From TPA_inf: Saccharomyces (lineage: Eukaryota), in assembly GCA_000146045.2 (NCBI GenBank), contig BK006944.2, positions 602,817 through 666,816 on the forward strand: a DNA stretch of 64,000 nucleotides, given 5' to 3'. The notes under the pieces were generated by a model. The model had not been told where the DNA came from, made no database searches, and saw only the letters and a list, made by a program, of their open reading frames with translations. The translations under genes and the position numbers were made by a program. Every line of letters begins with the position of its first letter. Position 1 is the first letter of the stretch. Positions 33,035-46,500 of this stretch are shown one piece after another.

Positions 33035-35470
33035 ATGTCGAATATAAGTACCAAAGATATACGAAAAAGTAAGCCAAAAAGAGGATCCGGCTTCGATTTA
33101 CTTGAAGTGACTGAATCACTTGGCTATCAGACACACAGGAAAAATGGAAGAAATTCATGGTCAAAGGACGACGATAATATGCTACGATCGCTAGTAAACG
33201 AATCCGCAAAGGAGTTAGGCTATGAGAATGGACTTGAAGACGTAAAAACAATTCAACAATCCAACCATCTTTCTAAATGTATTGCTTGGGATGTTTTAGC
33301 TACACGATTCAAACACACCGTAAGAACTTCAAAGGATGTAAGAAAGCGTTGGACAGGATCTCTGGACCCAAACTTGAAGAAAGGTAAATGGACACAAGAA
33401 GAGGATGAGCAGCTCTTGAAAGCTTATGAAGAACATGGGCCTCACTGGCTGAGTATCTCCATGGATATCCCTGGAAGAACAGAGGATCAATGTGCGAAAA
33501 GGTACATTGAAGTGTTGGGACCTGGAAGTAAAGGTAGATTAAGAGAATGGACGCTCGAGGAAGATTTAAATCTGATAAGTAAAGTGAAGGCATACGGCAC
33601 GAAATGGAGAAAGATTTCGTCGGAAATGGAATTCAGACCAAGTTTAACGTGCAGGAACAGATGGCGGAAAATTATTACTATGGTTGTGCGAGGACAAGCA
33701 TCAGAAGTAATAACAAAGGCTATAAAAGAAAACAAGAACATAGACATGACAGACGGAAAACTCCGACAACATCCAATCGCCGATTCTGATATACGCTCAG
33801 ATTCTACACCGAATAAAGAAGAACAGTTGCAGCTATCTCAACAGAACAACCCTTCATTGATAAAGCAGGATATATTGAATGTTAAAGAGAACGAATCGAG
33901 CAAACTACCAAGATTAAAGGATAATGATGGACCCATTTTAAATGACAGCAAGCCACAAGCATTACCTCCCTTAAAAGAGATATCTGCACCTCCACCAATC
34001 AGGATGACGCAAGTCGGTCAGACTCATACCAGTGGTAGCATTAGGAGCAAAGTATCTTTACCAATTGAAGGTCTTTCTCAAATGAACAAGCAAAGTCCTG
34101 GAGGAATCTCAGATAGCCCACAGACAAGCCTTCCCCCAGCATTCAATCCAGCATCTCTCGATGAGCATATGATGAATAGTAATAGTATTTCAGATTCTCC
34201 GAAGCATGCTTATTCTACTGTGAAAACTAGAGAACCAAATTCCTCTAGCACACAATGGAAATTTACATTAAAAGATGGTCAAGGTTTGTCAATTTCTAAC
34301 GGAACTATTGACAGCACAAAATTAGTAAAAGAATTGGTTGACCAAGCTAAGAAGTACTCTTTAAAAATTTCGATACATCAACATATTCACAATCATTATG
34401 TTACATCCACAGACCATCCTGTCAGCAGCAATACTGGATTGTCAAATATAGGAAATATAAATGGAAACCCTCTATTAATGGATAGTTTCCCACATATGGG
34501 TAGACAACTGGGAAATGGTCTTCCAGGGTTAAATTCAAATAGTGACACTTTTAACCCAGAATATAGGACTTCTCTGGACAACATGGATAGCGATTTTTTA
34601 TCAAGAACACCCAACTATAACGCATTCAGCTTGGAAGCAACTTCACACAATCCCGCTGACAATGCAAATGAACTTGGTTCACAAAGCAATAGAGAAACAA
34701 ACAGCCCGTCTGTATTTTATCCTCAAGCAAATACATTGATCCCAACTAATTCTACCGCTACAAATAATGAAATCATTCAAGGAAACGTTAGTGCTAATAG
34801 TATGTCACCGAATTTCAATGGAACAAATGGCAAGGCACCAAGTTCGACGGCATCATATACAACGAGCGGTTCAGAAATGCCACCTGATGTAGGTCCTAAT
34901 AGAATAGCGCATTTCAACTATTTGCCACCAACTATACGGCCTCATTTAGGCTCATCAGATGCGACAAGAGGTGCTGACTTGAATAAGTTACTCAATCCAT
35001 CTCCAAATTCAGTAAGAAGTAACGGCAGTAAAACTAAGAAAAAAGAAAAAAGAAAAAGTGAATCATCTCAGCATCATTCTTCATCATCTGTGACAACCAA
35101 TAAATTCAATCACATTGATCAGTCGGAGATATCAAGGACTACATCCAGATCTGATACTCCATTGAGAGATGAAGACGGCCTGGATTTTTGGGAAACGTTA
35201 AGATCCTTGGCTACTACGAATCCAAATCCTCCAGTTGAAAAGTCAGCTGAAAATGATGGTGCCAAGCCTCAAGTGGTACATCAAGGGATTGGCTCACATA
35301 CAGAAGATAGCAGCCTAGGTTCCCATAGCGGAGGATACGATTTTTTTAACGAACTGTTGGATAAAAAGGCAGATACACTGCATAATGAGGCTAAGAAGAC
35401 GAGCGAGCATGATATGACGTCAGGAGGTTCTACCGATAATGGGTCAGTCCTGCCACTGAATCCTAGTTGA
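33035..35470 (+). CDS. BAS1: Myb-related transcription activator of purine/histidine biosynthesis genes
   Basis: An 811-aa ORF. Three N-terminal Myb repeats have regularly spaced Trp (WSKDDDNMLRSLV..., WTQEEDEQLLKAYEEHGPHW, WTLEEDLNLISKVKAYGTKW). The remainder is long, S/N/P-rich and disordered. Confidence 0.93.
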   Translation: MSNISTKDIRKSKPKRGSGFDLLEVTESLGYQTHRKNGRNSWSKDDDNMLRSLVNESAKELGYENGLEDVKTIQQSNHLSKCIAWDVLATRFKHTVRTSKDVRKRWTGSLDPNLKKGKWTQEEDEQLLKAYEEHGPHWLSISMDIPGRTEDQCAKRYIEVLGPGSKGRLREWTLEEDLNLISKVKAYGTKWRKISSEMEFRPSLTCRNRWRKIITMVVRGQASEVITKAIKENKNIDMTDGKLRQHPIADSDIRSDSTPNKEEQLQLSQQNNPSLIKQDILNVKENESSKLPRLKDNDGPILNDSKPQALPPLKEISAPPPIRMTQVGQTHTSGSIRSKVSLPIEGLSQMNKQSPGGISDSPQTSLPPAFNPASLDEHMMNSNSISDSPKHAYSTVKTREPNSSSTQWKFTLKDGQGLSISNGTIDSTKLVKELVDQAKKYSLKISIHQHIHNHYVTSTDHPVSSNTGLSNIGNINGNPLLMDSFPHMGRQLGNGLPGLNSNSDTFNPEYRTSLDNMDSDFLSRTPNYNAFSLEATSHNPADNANELGSQSNRETNSPSVFYPQANTLIPTNSTATNNEIIQGNVSANSMSPNFNGTNGKAPSSTASYTTSGSEMPPDVGPNRIAHFNYLPPTIRPHLGSSDATRGADLNKLLNPSPNSVRSNGSKTKKKEKRKSESSQHHSSSSVTTNKFNHIDQSEISRTTSRSDTPLRDEDGLDFWETLRSLATTNPNPPVEKSAENDGAKPQVVHQGIGSHTEDSSLGSHSGGYDFFNELLDKKADTLHNEAKKTSEHDMTSGGSTDNGSVLPLNPS

Positions 35471-36084
35471 GAAGGCAAGGCCGAAAAAAAACACAAATCT
35501 TTCAATTGTTTAACATATTAGTTTTGTAATAAGCATAAGTGTATATTATACATAGCACAAGATGGATAATATTCTCTGAAAAAAACGTGTAGTTTCATGA
35601 CTCGCATTTTTTTTTTTTTTTCTTTCATGTTGATTAACATACTTGAATTCTGTATTTAAGCTGTATAAAAAGTTGTTCTATTTCATATACGGCGATTTTG
35701 CATAATTAAGAACTTTGCCTTGTACACTATTTTACTAGGGTATTCTTCCAAGATTTCTCTTCTTATTTTTTCCCTTTATAAGTCATTGTAGCAACATAAT
35801 TTCCTGGAAATTTTAAGGGAATATATTTCTTTCCGCCCACAAACACAAAGGGCGTTTAGTAAATTATGCGGCGATGTATAAAAGAGAAAGCAGGCAAAAA
35901 GAAAATGAAAAATGAGACTATGAACTTTAAGAATTATGTCTTGACTAATTTTTTAAAACCCATCATCCATGAAGAGTTCTGTTTGTATTGTTTACGTTTG
36001 ATGTTTGAAGTGAATTTAATAGAATTGTTCCTCTTTTTTTCTTCTTTTTTTAACTATAATATAATGTTTAGTATATCAACAGTA

Positions 36085-37152
36085 CTATTTAGGCCTTAGA
36101 CTTTCTATGAACTCTCTCTTACTCTGTGAGTAGTTGGTAAATTCGTTTTCGTATTGATCTTCCTCAGCAATTTCCCCGATATTGCCCACATCATAGTTAT
36201 TCTGTAATTTGTATAAATCCTTATCTTTATCTGTTATTGCAGACCTGCTATCCTTTACCGAGTGGTCAGCATCCATTCCTTCGTTATCTTTATCAAAAGT
36301 GTTTGGTAACTGTGATTGAGCCGCACTTTTGGGTGTTGCAAACACATCCTCTAGGGCATCGCGCTTATTTACCGATGTTATAGAGGAATTCCTTGTATGG
36401 AAGGACGCGTTTGAAATGTTACCATTTAAAAACGAGGATGAAGCTCTCCTTGGGTAATACGAACCAAAGTCCTGATTCTGCAAATTTCTTATCAGATTTT
36501 CATTACTAGATTGGCGAGTATTATGTTTAAGTTCTATCATCGAAGCTTTGTTTTGGTCATTGCTAGTATTAGTATCACTGGAAGGATCTGCGAAAAAGTT
36601 TGGTCCTTCATCAGAAATAACAGGGACCATCTGATCATAAACGCTGATCTGTCTCTTTGTTATATGCCGTTGGGAAGATGATAAGGAAACATTGGAGCTG
36701 TTATTTATACTTGGTAAATCCACAACGGACTTCTGCCTGGCATTATTGCCGTAGTTATTATTTCGTACTTGAAGTAAATTTATTTTCCTACGGTATGCTG
36801 GCACATAGTATTTACTATTCTTTTTCCCTAACGGTTTCTCTTGATCTCGCGATTTTCCATCTTTTTCTTCTGGATGAGCAGATCCTTCCGATGAACCAGA
36901 AGTGTGATCAGGATTTTTTAGCTCGGAGCTGGCTAGTGCTGCTTCATCTTTACTGTCTCTTAAGGGTCCAAAATTGTCAAAGGACACGAAACCACTTTCA
37001 TCATAAATAGCCCTTTCCAATTCTCTATCGTCTTGTTCCTCCCTCTTGTATCTTTTTTGTAGGTTAAACCAGAAACATACTGCTATTATAATACCTACAC
37101 CGACGGGTATACCCACCGCACAACCCACCGCAACTGATGTGCTGGCAGTCAT
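36085..37152 (-). CDS. SKG1: Single-pass plasma-membrane protein (suppressor of kre6 lethality family)
   Basis: A 355-aa ORF with an N-terminal TM helix ([22 protein letters not shown]) followed by a Ser/Asn-rich cytoplasmic tail. I recognise it as Skg1. Confidence 0.82.
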
Positions 37153-37723
37153 CTCTTTTACTTCTTACTACGATGAGCTCCCAAAAAAAAAATATATCCC
37201 TGATAAATAACACAAAACTAAGAAGCCGGACCTAGGTGAAGAGTAAAATAAGGACTCGAAATTTTGTCTAATACTCAATAACTCAGTACAAAAACTGCCT
37301 CACAGTATAAAATATCCAACTTAGAGATATTCGTTTTAATTGTCCCGAGCAGGCAAACGATAACTGATCCTTAGTCACAATAATAAGTCTATGCTTTCTG
37401 TTGAAAAAGAACAAATAGCGAGCGAGTCAGCAAGCAGAATCTAAAGAGGCTTGCAACGAATGGTAGGCAAAGAATTTCTAACCCGAAACCTCAAGCGAAT
37501 GGTGGATTCCTTACTTCCAATCTTCTAAAAGTCTTTAACTCTGATTTCGAGGATCAGTACTTTTTCTATGGTTTATTAATATCGGCCTCGAAAAGTTTGT
37601 CGCGAGAATTTGGGCACATGTGACCCGGAATGTATATTGAGTAATATAAGAATGAGAACAATAATGTCAATAATCACACGTCGTTATAAGCAGCTGAAAA
37701 ATTATAAGATAATATCAAAAAAA

Positions 37724-39688
37724 ATGCTACAGATCAACTCCAGGCTTGCAGTTATTGATGGATGGCTGGTAGACACTGTGAAGCGAAAACCAATAAATTT
37801 TCGGAGTCCTGAAGTAAGATTACTGTTACCCAATGACGATGACTACAAAAAGCTATCACAACAAAACTTGGTGGACTGGACGCGATTAAAGAAGGATTCT
37901 AATTCGGTGCTCGTTGGAGTGAAATCTATGGAACTATTTAAACACATAAAGCTAGTTTTGCGAGAGTTTTTCTTGTTAGAAGATGGAAGAATAATTCTGA
38001 AGAGGATCAGAAGCAAATTACGTTACAAAGTTGTCAAGAAATTAACTTGTAAATGCTGCAGGTTATATTTACCAAAATGGGGCACCGTGTACATACATCC
38101 GATGCTAAAAGATAAAGAAAAGCCCTTAGCGGGGGTATGTGAATTTTCATTGGATGTAAACCCTGATCGGGAGTATCCCCTTATTGAGATCAATGTTAGT
38201 CATCAATACATTATAATTGAGGGCTTCCTTCTATACTTAAATGAAAGGAGGCTCTATAGGTGGAACGATAACAATTTGAGGAGTCAGGTTGGCTTAACAA
38301 AATGGGCCCATTTAAGAAAAACTTACAATCCGGTAAGCCTTGACATACTTTATAGTTTGAATTCAAATTTTTATTTTGTAAAGGATGATCTGCTATTTCA
38401 ATTATTAGGAAAGAGGGTATTTGTTAAATTTTGTAAAGTAATGGAAAATGGAAAATGCGGTAAGGCTCCACTGTGGTATCGTGTGAAGAGAACGACAACT
38501 GCCAAAGCAACACATATTGCATATGCCATATCAAATTCAACAGCCCCAGATTCATTCAAAAGTAAAAATAACGATTATAGGTTTATTGTCAGGGAAAAGC
38601 CAATTGTGGAGAATACTATCTCCAACCTGGATTATTCAGACATAAAAAAACAGCAGTTTACTGAAGCAGAGGTTGTAAAAAGAAAGATCTCAGCAGATAT
38701 TTCTCAAATAGAGAATGTGCATACGCAATTTAATAGTCAAAAGGAAAAAAATAATATCAGGGTGAATAAGGTTTCTAGCGAGGTCCTAGATCAAATTTCG
38801 AAATTTCCTGTGTCCAGAGTCACCTTACTGTTGATGTCTGCTGGTCAAGATAAAAATTATATTGAACTTGTTGAAGAATTGGCAAGAAGGTTGGAAAAAA
38901 TATGCATAGAAAAAACCACACAATCTTTAGAAGAGATAAGGGATACTTTTCAGGCGAATCCTGAGATGCAGGCTAGCTTTGATAAGGAATATTACCAGAG
39001 CATTGAAGAATATAAAATTACACTCGAACTTATTAAGGAAGACCTTTTGATTACTCTGATAAAACAAATGGAAAATATGTGGGCAGCTGAAAAAAAGTTT
39101 AGTACAGAGGAGGAGTATGTTTCGCCGAGGTTTTTAGTAGCAGATGGATTTCTAATCGACCTAGCAGAGGAAAAACCGATTAACCCAAAGGATCCGCGCT
39201 TACTGACACTGCTAAAAGATCATCAGCGTGCCATGATTGACCAAATGAATTTAGTTAAGTGGAATGACTTCAAAAAATATCAAGATCCTATCCCGCTGAA
39301 AGCCAAAACCTTATTTAAATTTTGTAAACAAATAAAGAAAAAATTCCTACGAGGTGCGGACTTCAAGTTACATACATTACCTACAGAAGCAAATTTAAAG
39401 TATGAGCCGGAGCGGATGACAGTTTTGTGTTCCTGTGTCCCTATTCTTTTGGATGACCAAACTGTCCAATATCTGTATGATGACAGCATTATTCCTGAAT
39501 TTGAAGCAACATCTTCATATGCAACAAAGCAGTCAAAGTGTGGGCGGAAAATGTCTTTGCAAATGGAGCCTGACCTCCTTTTTCAAGAGGCCATTAGACG
39601 GATGCGACATTTAACTGCTTATGACGTTTTGAGAAGAAACTATATTGCGGCATTTGAGGAGCTATATATGGGAAACTGTAACGATTAA
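37724..39688 (+). CDS. SIR1: Silent-information-regulator protein that establishes silencing at HM loci
   Basis: The ORF is open from 37610 (692 aa). I recognise the protein as Sir1 starting [22 protein letters not shown] at the Met at 37724, which gives 654 aa. Two OIR/ORC-interacting-like repeated regions are present (...[25 protein letters not shown]... and ...[23 protein letters not shown]...). Confidence 0.88.
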   Translation: MLQINSRLAVIDGWLVDTVKRKPINFRSPEVRLLLPNDDDYKKLSQQNLVDWTRLKKDSNSVLVGVKSMELFKHIKLVLREFFLLEDGRIILKRIRSKLRYKVVKKLTCKCCRLYLPKWGTVYIHPMLKDKEKPLAGVCEFSLDVNPDREYPLIEINVSHQYIIIEGFLLYLNERRLYRWNDNNLRSQVGLTKWAHLRKTYNPVSLDILYSLNSNFYFVKDDLLFQLLGKRVFVKFCKVMENGKCGKAPLWYRVKRTTTAKATHIAYAISNSTAPDSFKSKNNDYRFIVREKPIVENTISNLDYSDIKKQQFTEAEVVKRKISADISQIENVHTQFNSQKEKNNIRVNKVSSEVLDQISKFPVSRVTLLLMSAGQDKNYIELVEELARRLEKICIEKTTQSLEEIRDTFQANPEMQASFDKEYYQSIEEYKITLELIKEDLLITLIKQMENMWAAEKKFSTEEEYVSPRFLVADGFLIDLAEEKPINPKDPRLLTLLKDHQRAMIDQMNLVKWNDFKKYQDPIPLKAKTLFKFCKQIKKKFLRGADFKLHTLPTEANLKYEPERMTVLCSCVPILLDDQTVQYLYDDSIIPEFEATSSYATKQSKCGRKMSLQMEPDLLFQEAIRRMRHLTAYDVLRRNYIAAFEELYMGNCND

Positions 39689-42600
39689 ATAGTTGGTAAG
39701 ATTATCAGTTATGGATACCAACATATAAGCGGGTGATGTCTCATTTCAATGAGGTCAGATAACTGGTACAGTTTCGCCTTTAATACACTTGTTTGACAGA
39801 AACTTGTTTTTAATTGCTTGATTAGCTAAGTAACTCGAGCCGTACTGTAGTACCGTTAAATATATATTATGTAGGACTTAGTAGAATATACTAATAATAG
39901 ATACTGCAATTGATGATCCCAATTACTGTTTTATTGACTAACTTTCACTGAAATGTTTTCATTCTCTGATTTTATATTTAGTTGGCGAACTAGCTCATCC
40001 TAATTATAATTAAACTTATATATAGCATAAACCGACAATAATGCGTGGGTGGTCCTCCATGCCGAATTTGTGAACTGAATTATTATCTAAGCACTGGATC
40101 GATCACCTTAAGATGATATATTATTTATAACTAAAACGCAGCAGCATTACACTCCAGAGTAACTCCTGAATTTCGTCATGGCATGTACTTATACTATATA
40201 ACCAACAAAGGATGACTGAATAAGAACCAAATACTTTTCAAGAGATAAGATACGCGTTGCCATTGTTCGCAAGGCAGATCAAGAAGCTTCCTAGGCCTGT
40301 GAAAAAAGGAGGAAAAAAGAAATGAATTTTCTAGCTGTATTTAGATTGGATTTGAGGTTCACTAGTATAAGCAACAGCTCCAGTTCTTTAGTCAAGTGCC
40401 AGCTTCCCTTGAAATATTAACCTCCCTTTTTTCTTCGTAAACCACTATTATGACCATCGGCCTGTTAATAAGGAGAAAAATAGAAAACTGAAGCAATAGC
40501 GGTATCATAAAGCTGACCGTGTAAAGTCACCACTAACCTCCCAATAAACTCTTCCAACTCTGTTTTTTTCAAAGCTAGTGGTGCATTTGAACGCTATTTA
40601 GGATTCCGATCTCTTCAGAAACATGCTGATTTAGAAGTAGTCAAATTACTTATAGGCGTGAATTTCGAAATTGATCTCTTAAGCAGAATTTAGTTGTATC
40701 AAACTATATTCGTTTTGGAGCGCATATACTTTACATTTCGATGCGTTTAACGTTGCCTCTGTTCTTTTCCTATTAATTCTATTAGATAAGTTTATTTCCA
40801 TCTCATATAAAGAAGAACCTGTCGAGGTTATATGATCTCTTTTCCGTCTTTTTACCGATTCTGGTTAGTGTATGCTTCATTTGAGTTTCTTGCACTGCTT
40901 TGCCGACCAAATATGGAAATCATCTATTTTAACTCTATTATTGAAGAGGCTTTTCCTGGCACATATAAATATGAATATAAATGTTGTGCGGCTGTAATAT
41001 TTGGCTAGAATTACCAGCCTGATTGCGGGTTATATATTGCCTTCTTTTGGACATTTACTCCCGGTGTAATGTTGGCAGCAGTAGTACCTATACCTGTGTG
41101 CCACCCGTTTGGATATTACTATAACTTCAAAATATGGGAGGATTACTTTCTCGAAAGTTGCTAAAAAAATCATTCGGGAATTTTCGCTACAGATTAATCA
41201 AATGTAGCTCGACAGTCTTCATATTATGAGTTTAAAAGTTCTTTAATATTCTTGTACATCTCAATTGTTATGTCAACCAATTACCAGTTAAAAAGAGAGA
41301 AATTTTATGAGTTATTAGATGATTATGCGGTGCAGAACATTGAGGTTCCTCGTGATAATGATAATACGCACAGTTAGAGAGCAAGTTAGAAAGCAGATTA
41401 GAGAGGGACAAGAAAGATAATATCTTCAGTTCTGTAAGGCTACTTTTAAACCAAATGAGCCAGAAGACTTCTCTATTCGTGAGCGTCCCAAAAGTTATGG
41501 TCATTGCCAGTGGAGACGAAGCTGTACTTTTTACTGCTTCACCTGTGTTTTATATAGATAGCTCATAAAGAGATATTGACACCAAACTCAAACGAAAGCT
41601 TACAATTCCGCATCAGCATTGAGACCCTATATTCCCCTCATCTATTCCAAATAAGAATCATATAAAGAATTCACTAGGCACAGATAACTGCTGATTTATA
41701 GACATAATCCCTTCGCATCCACGTTAGCATGATTGGTGACACGCTTTCTGAGCATTAGCTTGCGATAGGTTTCCAGCATCTCCAGTTACAATCATGGATA
41801 AATACACAAGGCGACGTTCAAACATGACTGAGGAAATGCAGTATTTAAAGCTTACTCTTTCCTCAGTTGAGTACGGTAAAATCGATTAACAAGCCATTTC
41901 AATAGTTATAATTTTTTTTTTTGGTCATGGAAGACCTGAACTAAAGTGTTTTAGTAAACCAATTGGAGTGAGAGTTTTTCATTCCGAAGATTCTTTATCT
42001 CAAAATTTCTTTATCGAAAGACACTTCTGTGTCACTGTCCGTTCAATCAGTCAGATAGTTCCAACTCCGATGTCTTCCAATACCTCAACGAAGACCGAAA
42101 AATAAAAGGTTTGTTTGACGGAGTGTGTTGATTAGTGCATTGGTGACGTGGGGTAGCAAAATCCAGATACTTCTATTTTTTGAAAAAGAAAAGAGAGAGT
42201 GCTAGAATGTTTTCACGTTTATCAGTACACGAAAAACAAAACCTGAAGCAAATGATTACCATAACTATTGTCCACTTATGGGGAAGTTGCTAAAAATAAC
42301 ACATTATTTACTAAGGGAACACAAATTGCTCATAGTATACTTGACTTTTTTTACTTAACTTTTGCAGCGATTGGTGATGAAATGTTTCAAAAAAAAAAAA
42401 AAAATCGAAAATCCATTGTATTGCATAAGAAATGGCGAATTTTAGGCACGAAATTAACTTACATCTCTCCATTCCTTTCCTCATGAAAGAACCGTTATGT
42501 TAGCTAGCCCTGAACTTCTTATTTTGGAAGGACCCTCACCTCAATTTTCAAATGAACCGCGGACTTCACTTTCTACGGTCGTTTCTTCAAAAATCTTTAC

Positions 42601-43539
42601 AACGTATATCGCCTGTTGCATTGCCTTTTTCGGAAAACCTTATTTTACGACAAACCTTTTTTAGGATTAAAGTTTAAAAAATTTCTTCGTCTGCCTCAAA
42701 ATTGCGCAGCTTTAAGCTTCCAGAATGTTTTACACGAAATACCCTAGCGCTGCATTTCTTTTTTTCCTCAGTTGCGGTAGTAGAAAAGTATTACATCAGC
42801 ACGAGTAACAACTTATGGTGTCAGTTTCATAATTTCACGCACTAAAGTTAATTTCCCCTTTTGTTCAAAAACTTTCAGGAGGTGTGGCCATGATGGACAG
42901 AAAGAATGTTATGCTTTAGGATTATTGTACAATTATTTAGATTTGCTAAAGCGCGTCTTATAGTAATCGTGCAGTAAATTTTGTAATTCAGTTCCAGTTC
43001 ACTTTATCATGATAGTGTTTTATCAGTTTCGAATTTTTGGCACACGAAAGCTTGTTTTCCTTTATAATTCTTTTCAGGAATTATACCTTACTTCAATTTA
43101 GAAGCGCATAGCAAACGGGAAGAATGCGTACACTGCAGGGTTGTTGTGATCCGTCACGTGTATGCAAAACGCGTTAGAGAGTAGTTATGTGCTAACTGTG
43201 TGGTAGAAATTTATATTTCTCTTTTAAGGTTGTTTGGTATGTATCCGCCGTGAAAAAAGTAAGAAAACATCCAAATGGGCTCCTGCCTGAATGTTTCCTT
43301 CGATAAACGTATACGCCAATAGTGAAGAAAGTCGCCTAAATTTATTCTGTTGTAACGAATGATTCATGGTTTAACTTTTTTAGACTCTAGTATAACTAGC
43401 AAGTATACATATTTGCTCAAAACATGTTCGAGTGCGAAAGTGTTGACATATAAAGAGACACTTCTTTTACGTTCCACTGTTTCGAGTTTACGTTGAAGAT
43501 TTGTTTTAGGGTGCTTAATCAAAGAACAACAAATAAAAA

Positions 43540-46500
43540 ATGCCTGTGGCTGCTCGATATATATTTTTGACCGGCCTATTTTTGCTATCTGTAGCTAATG
43601 TTGCTCTAGGTACTACAGAGGCTTGTTTGCCAGCTGGAGAGAAGAAAAATGGTATGACTATAAACTTTTACCAATATTCCTTAAAAGATTCATCTACATA
43701 CTCAAATCCGTCATATATGGCCTATGGTTATGCTGATGCAGAAAAACTGGGTTCTGTAAGTGGGCAAACAAAGCTTTCCATCGATTATTCCATCCCATGT
43801 AATGGCGCATCAGATACTTGTGCTTGTTCCGATGATGATGCTACTGAATATAGCGCTTCCCAGGTTGTACCAGTGAAGCGTGGCGTTAAACTTTGTTCTG
43901 ATAATACAACTCTTTCTTCTAAAACTGAGAAACGTGAAAATGACGATTGCGATCAAGGCGCTGCCTACTGGAGTTCAGATCTGTTCGGATTCTACACAAC
44001 ACCCACCAACGTAACCGTGGAAATGACAGGTTACTTTTTACCACCAAAAACTGGTACCTACACATTTGGCTTCGCTACTGTGGATGATTCAGCAATTTTA
44101 TCGGTTGGAGGTAATGTTGCCTTTGAATGTTGTAAACAGGAACAGCCTCCTATCACATCAACGGATTTCACTATTAACGGTATTAAACCATGGAACGCAG
44201 ATGCACCTACCGACATAAAGGGGTCAACGTACATGTACGCCGGTTACTATTACCCGATCAAAATTGTTTATTCAAATGCTGTATCCTGGGGTACGCTTCC
44301 TGTTAGTGTGGTATTGCCAGATGGTACTGAGGTTAATGATGATTTTGAAGGATATGTTTTTTCTTTTGACGATAATGCTACTCAAGCTCACTGTTCCGTT
44401 CCAAACCCTGCTGAGCATGCAAGAACTTGTGTATCATCTGCAACATCTTCCTGGTCGTCCAGTGAAGTCTGTACAGAGTGTACCGAGACCGAGTCTACCA
44501 GTTATGTGACACCATATGTCACTAGCTCTTCCTGGTCGTCCAGTGAAGTCTGTACAGAGTGCACCGAGACCGAGTCTACTAGCACCTCTACTCCATATGT
44601 CACCAGCTCTTCCTCGTCGTCCAGTGAAGTCTGTACGGAGTGCACCGAAACTGAGTCTACCAGTTATGTGACACCATATGTCAGCTCGTCTACTGCTGCC
44701 GCAAACTACACTAGCTCATTCTCATCGTCCAGTGAAGTCTGTACAGAGTGCACCGAAACTGAGTCTACTAGCACCTCTACTCCATATGTCACTAGCTCTT
44801 CCTGGTCGTCCAGTGAAGTCTGTACAGAGTGCACCGAGACCGAGTCTACCAGTTATGTGACACCATATGTCAGCTCGTCTACTGCTGCCGCAAACTACAC
44901 TAGCTCATTCTCATCGTCCAGTGAAGTCTGTACAGAGTGCACCGAAACTGAGTCTACTAGCACCTCTACTCCATATGTCACTAGCTCTTCCTCGTCGTCC
45001 AGTGAAGTCTGTACAGAGTGCACCGAGACCGAGTCTACCAGTTATGTGACACCATATGTCAGCTCGTCTACTGCTGCCGCAAACTACACTAGCTCTTTCT
45101 CATCGTCCAGTGAAGTCTGTACAGAGTGCACCGAAACCGAGTCTACTAGCACCTCTACTCCATATGTCACCAGCTCTTCCTGGTCGTCCAGTGAAGTCTG
45201 TACAGAGTGCACCGAGACCGAGTCTACCAGTTATGTGACACCATATGTCAGCTCGTCTACTGCTGCCGCAAACTACACTAGCTCATTCTCATCGTCCAGT
45301 GAAGTCTGTACAGAGTGCACCGAAACCGAGTCTACAAGCACATCCACTCCATATGCAACCTCATCTACTGGCACAGCTACTTCATTTACCGCTTCAACTT
45401 CCAATACCATGACGTCTTTGGTCCAAACAGACACAACCGTTTCTTTCAGCCTATCTTCAACTGTAAGCGAGCATACCAACGCTCCAACTTCATCTGTAGA
45501 GTCAAATGCTAGTACTTTCATATCGTCAAATAAAGGCAGCGTTAAAAGTTATGTTACGTCATCCATACATAGCATTACGCCCATGTATCCTAGTAACCAA
45601 ACCGTAACATCTAGCTCTGTTGTCTCCACACCAATTACTTCCGAATCTTCTGAATCCTCGGCCTCAGTTACCATTCTACCCTCAACTATCACTTCTGAAT
45701 TCAAACCATCTACAATGAAAACGAAGGTCGTTAGTATCTCCTCATCACCAACTAATTTGATTACCAGCTATGACACTACATCTAAGGATTCAACTGTTGG
45801 TTCATCCACATCGTCTGTAAGCCTGATCTCTAGTATTTCTCTACCAAGTAGTTATTCAGCTTCTAGCGAACAAATATTTCACAGCTCCATCGTTAGTTCA
45901 AACGGTCAAGCATTAACAAGTTTTTCTTCGACCAAAGTCAGTTCCTCAGAATCTTCTGAATCACATAGAACATCGCCCACTACATCCAGTGAATCAGGCA
46001 TCAAATCTTCAGGCGTTGAAATCGAATCTACAAGTACCTCTTCTTTCAGCTTTCACGAAACTTCTACAGCCTCCACCTCCGTTCAAATATCTTCTCAGTT
46101 TGTGACTCCATCCTCCCCTATTTCCACAGTTGCCCCTCGTTCTACAGGGCTCAATAGTCAAACTGAAAGTACAAATTCTTCCAAGGAAACCATGTCGTCT
46201 GAAAATAGCGCCAGCGTTATGCCTTCTTCATCAGCTACATCTCCCAAAACAGGCAAAGTTACCAGTGATGAAACTTCTTCCGGATTTTCTCGTGATCGCA
46301 CCACTGTGTATAGGATGACTTCAGAAACACCCTCCACAAATGAACAAACAACTTTGATTACTGTAAGTTCTTGTGAATCAAATAGCTGCTCAAACACAGT
46401 CTCAAGTGCTGTAGTTTCCACGGCCACCACTACCATCAATGGGATTACCACTGAATATACTACATGGTGCCCTCTTTCTGCTACGGAATTAACAACGGTA

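Noticed and set aside
44440-45360. Regular direct repeats that superficially resemble a CRISPR array
   Set aside because: The units are 189 bp, near-identical throughout with no unique spacers, and in frame within a eukaryotic flocculin CDS. The window is clearly yeast nuclear DNA (spliceosomal introns, TG1-3 telomere). No cas genes are present.
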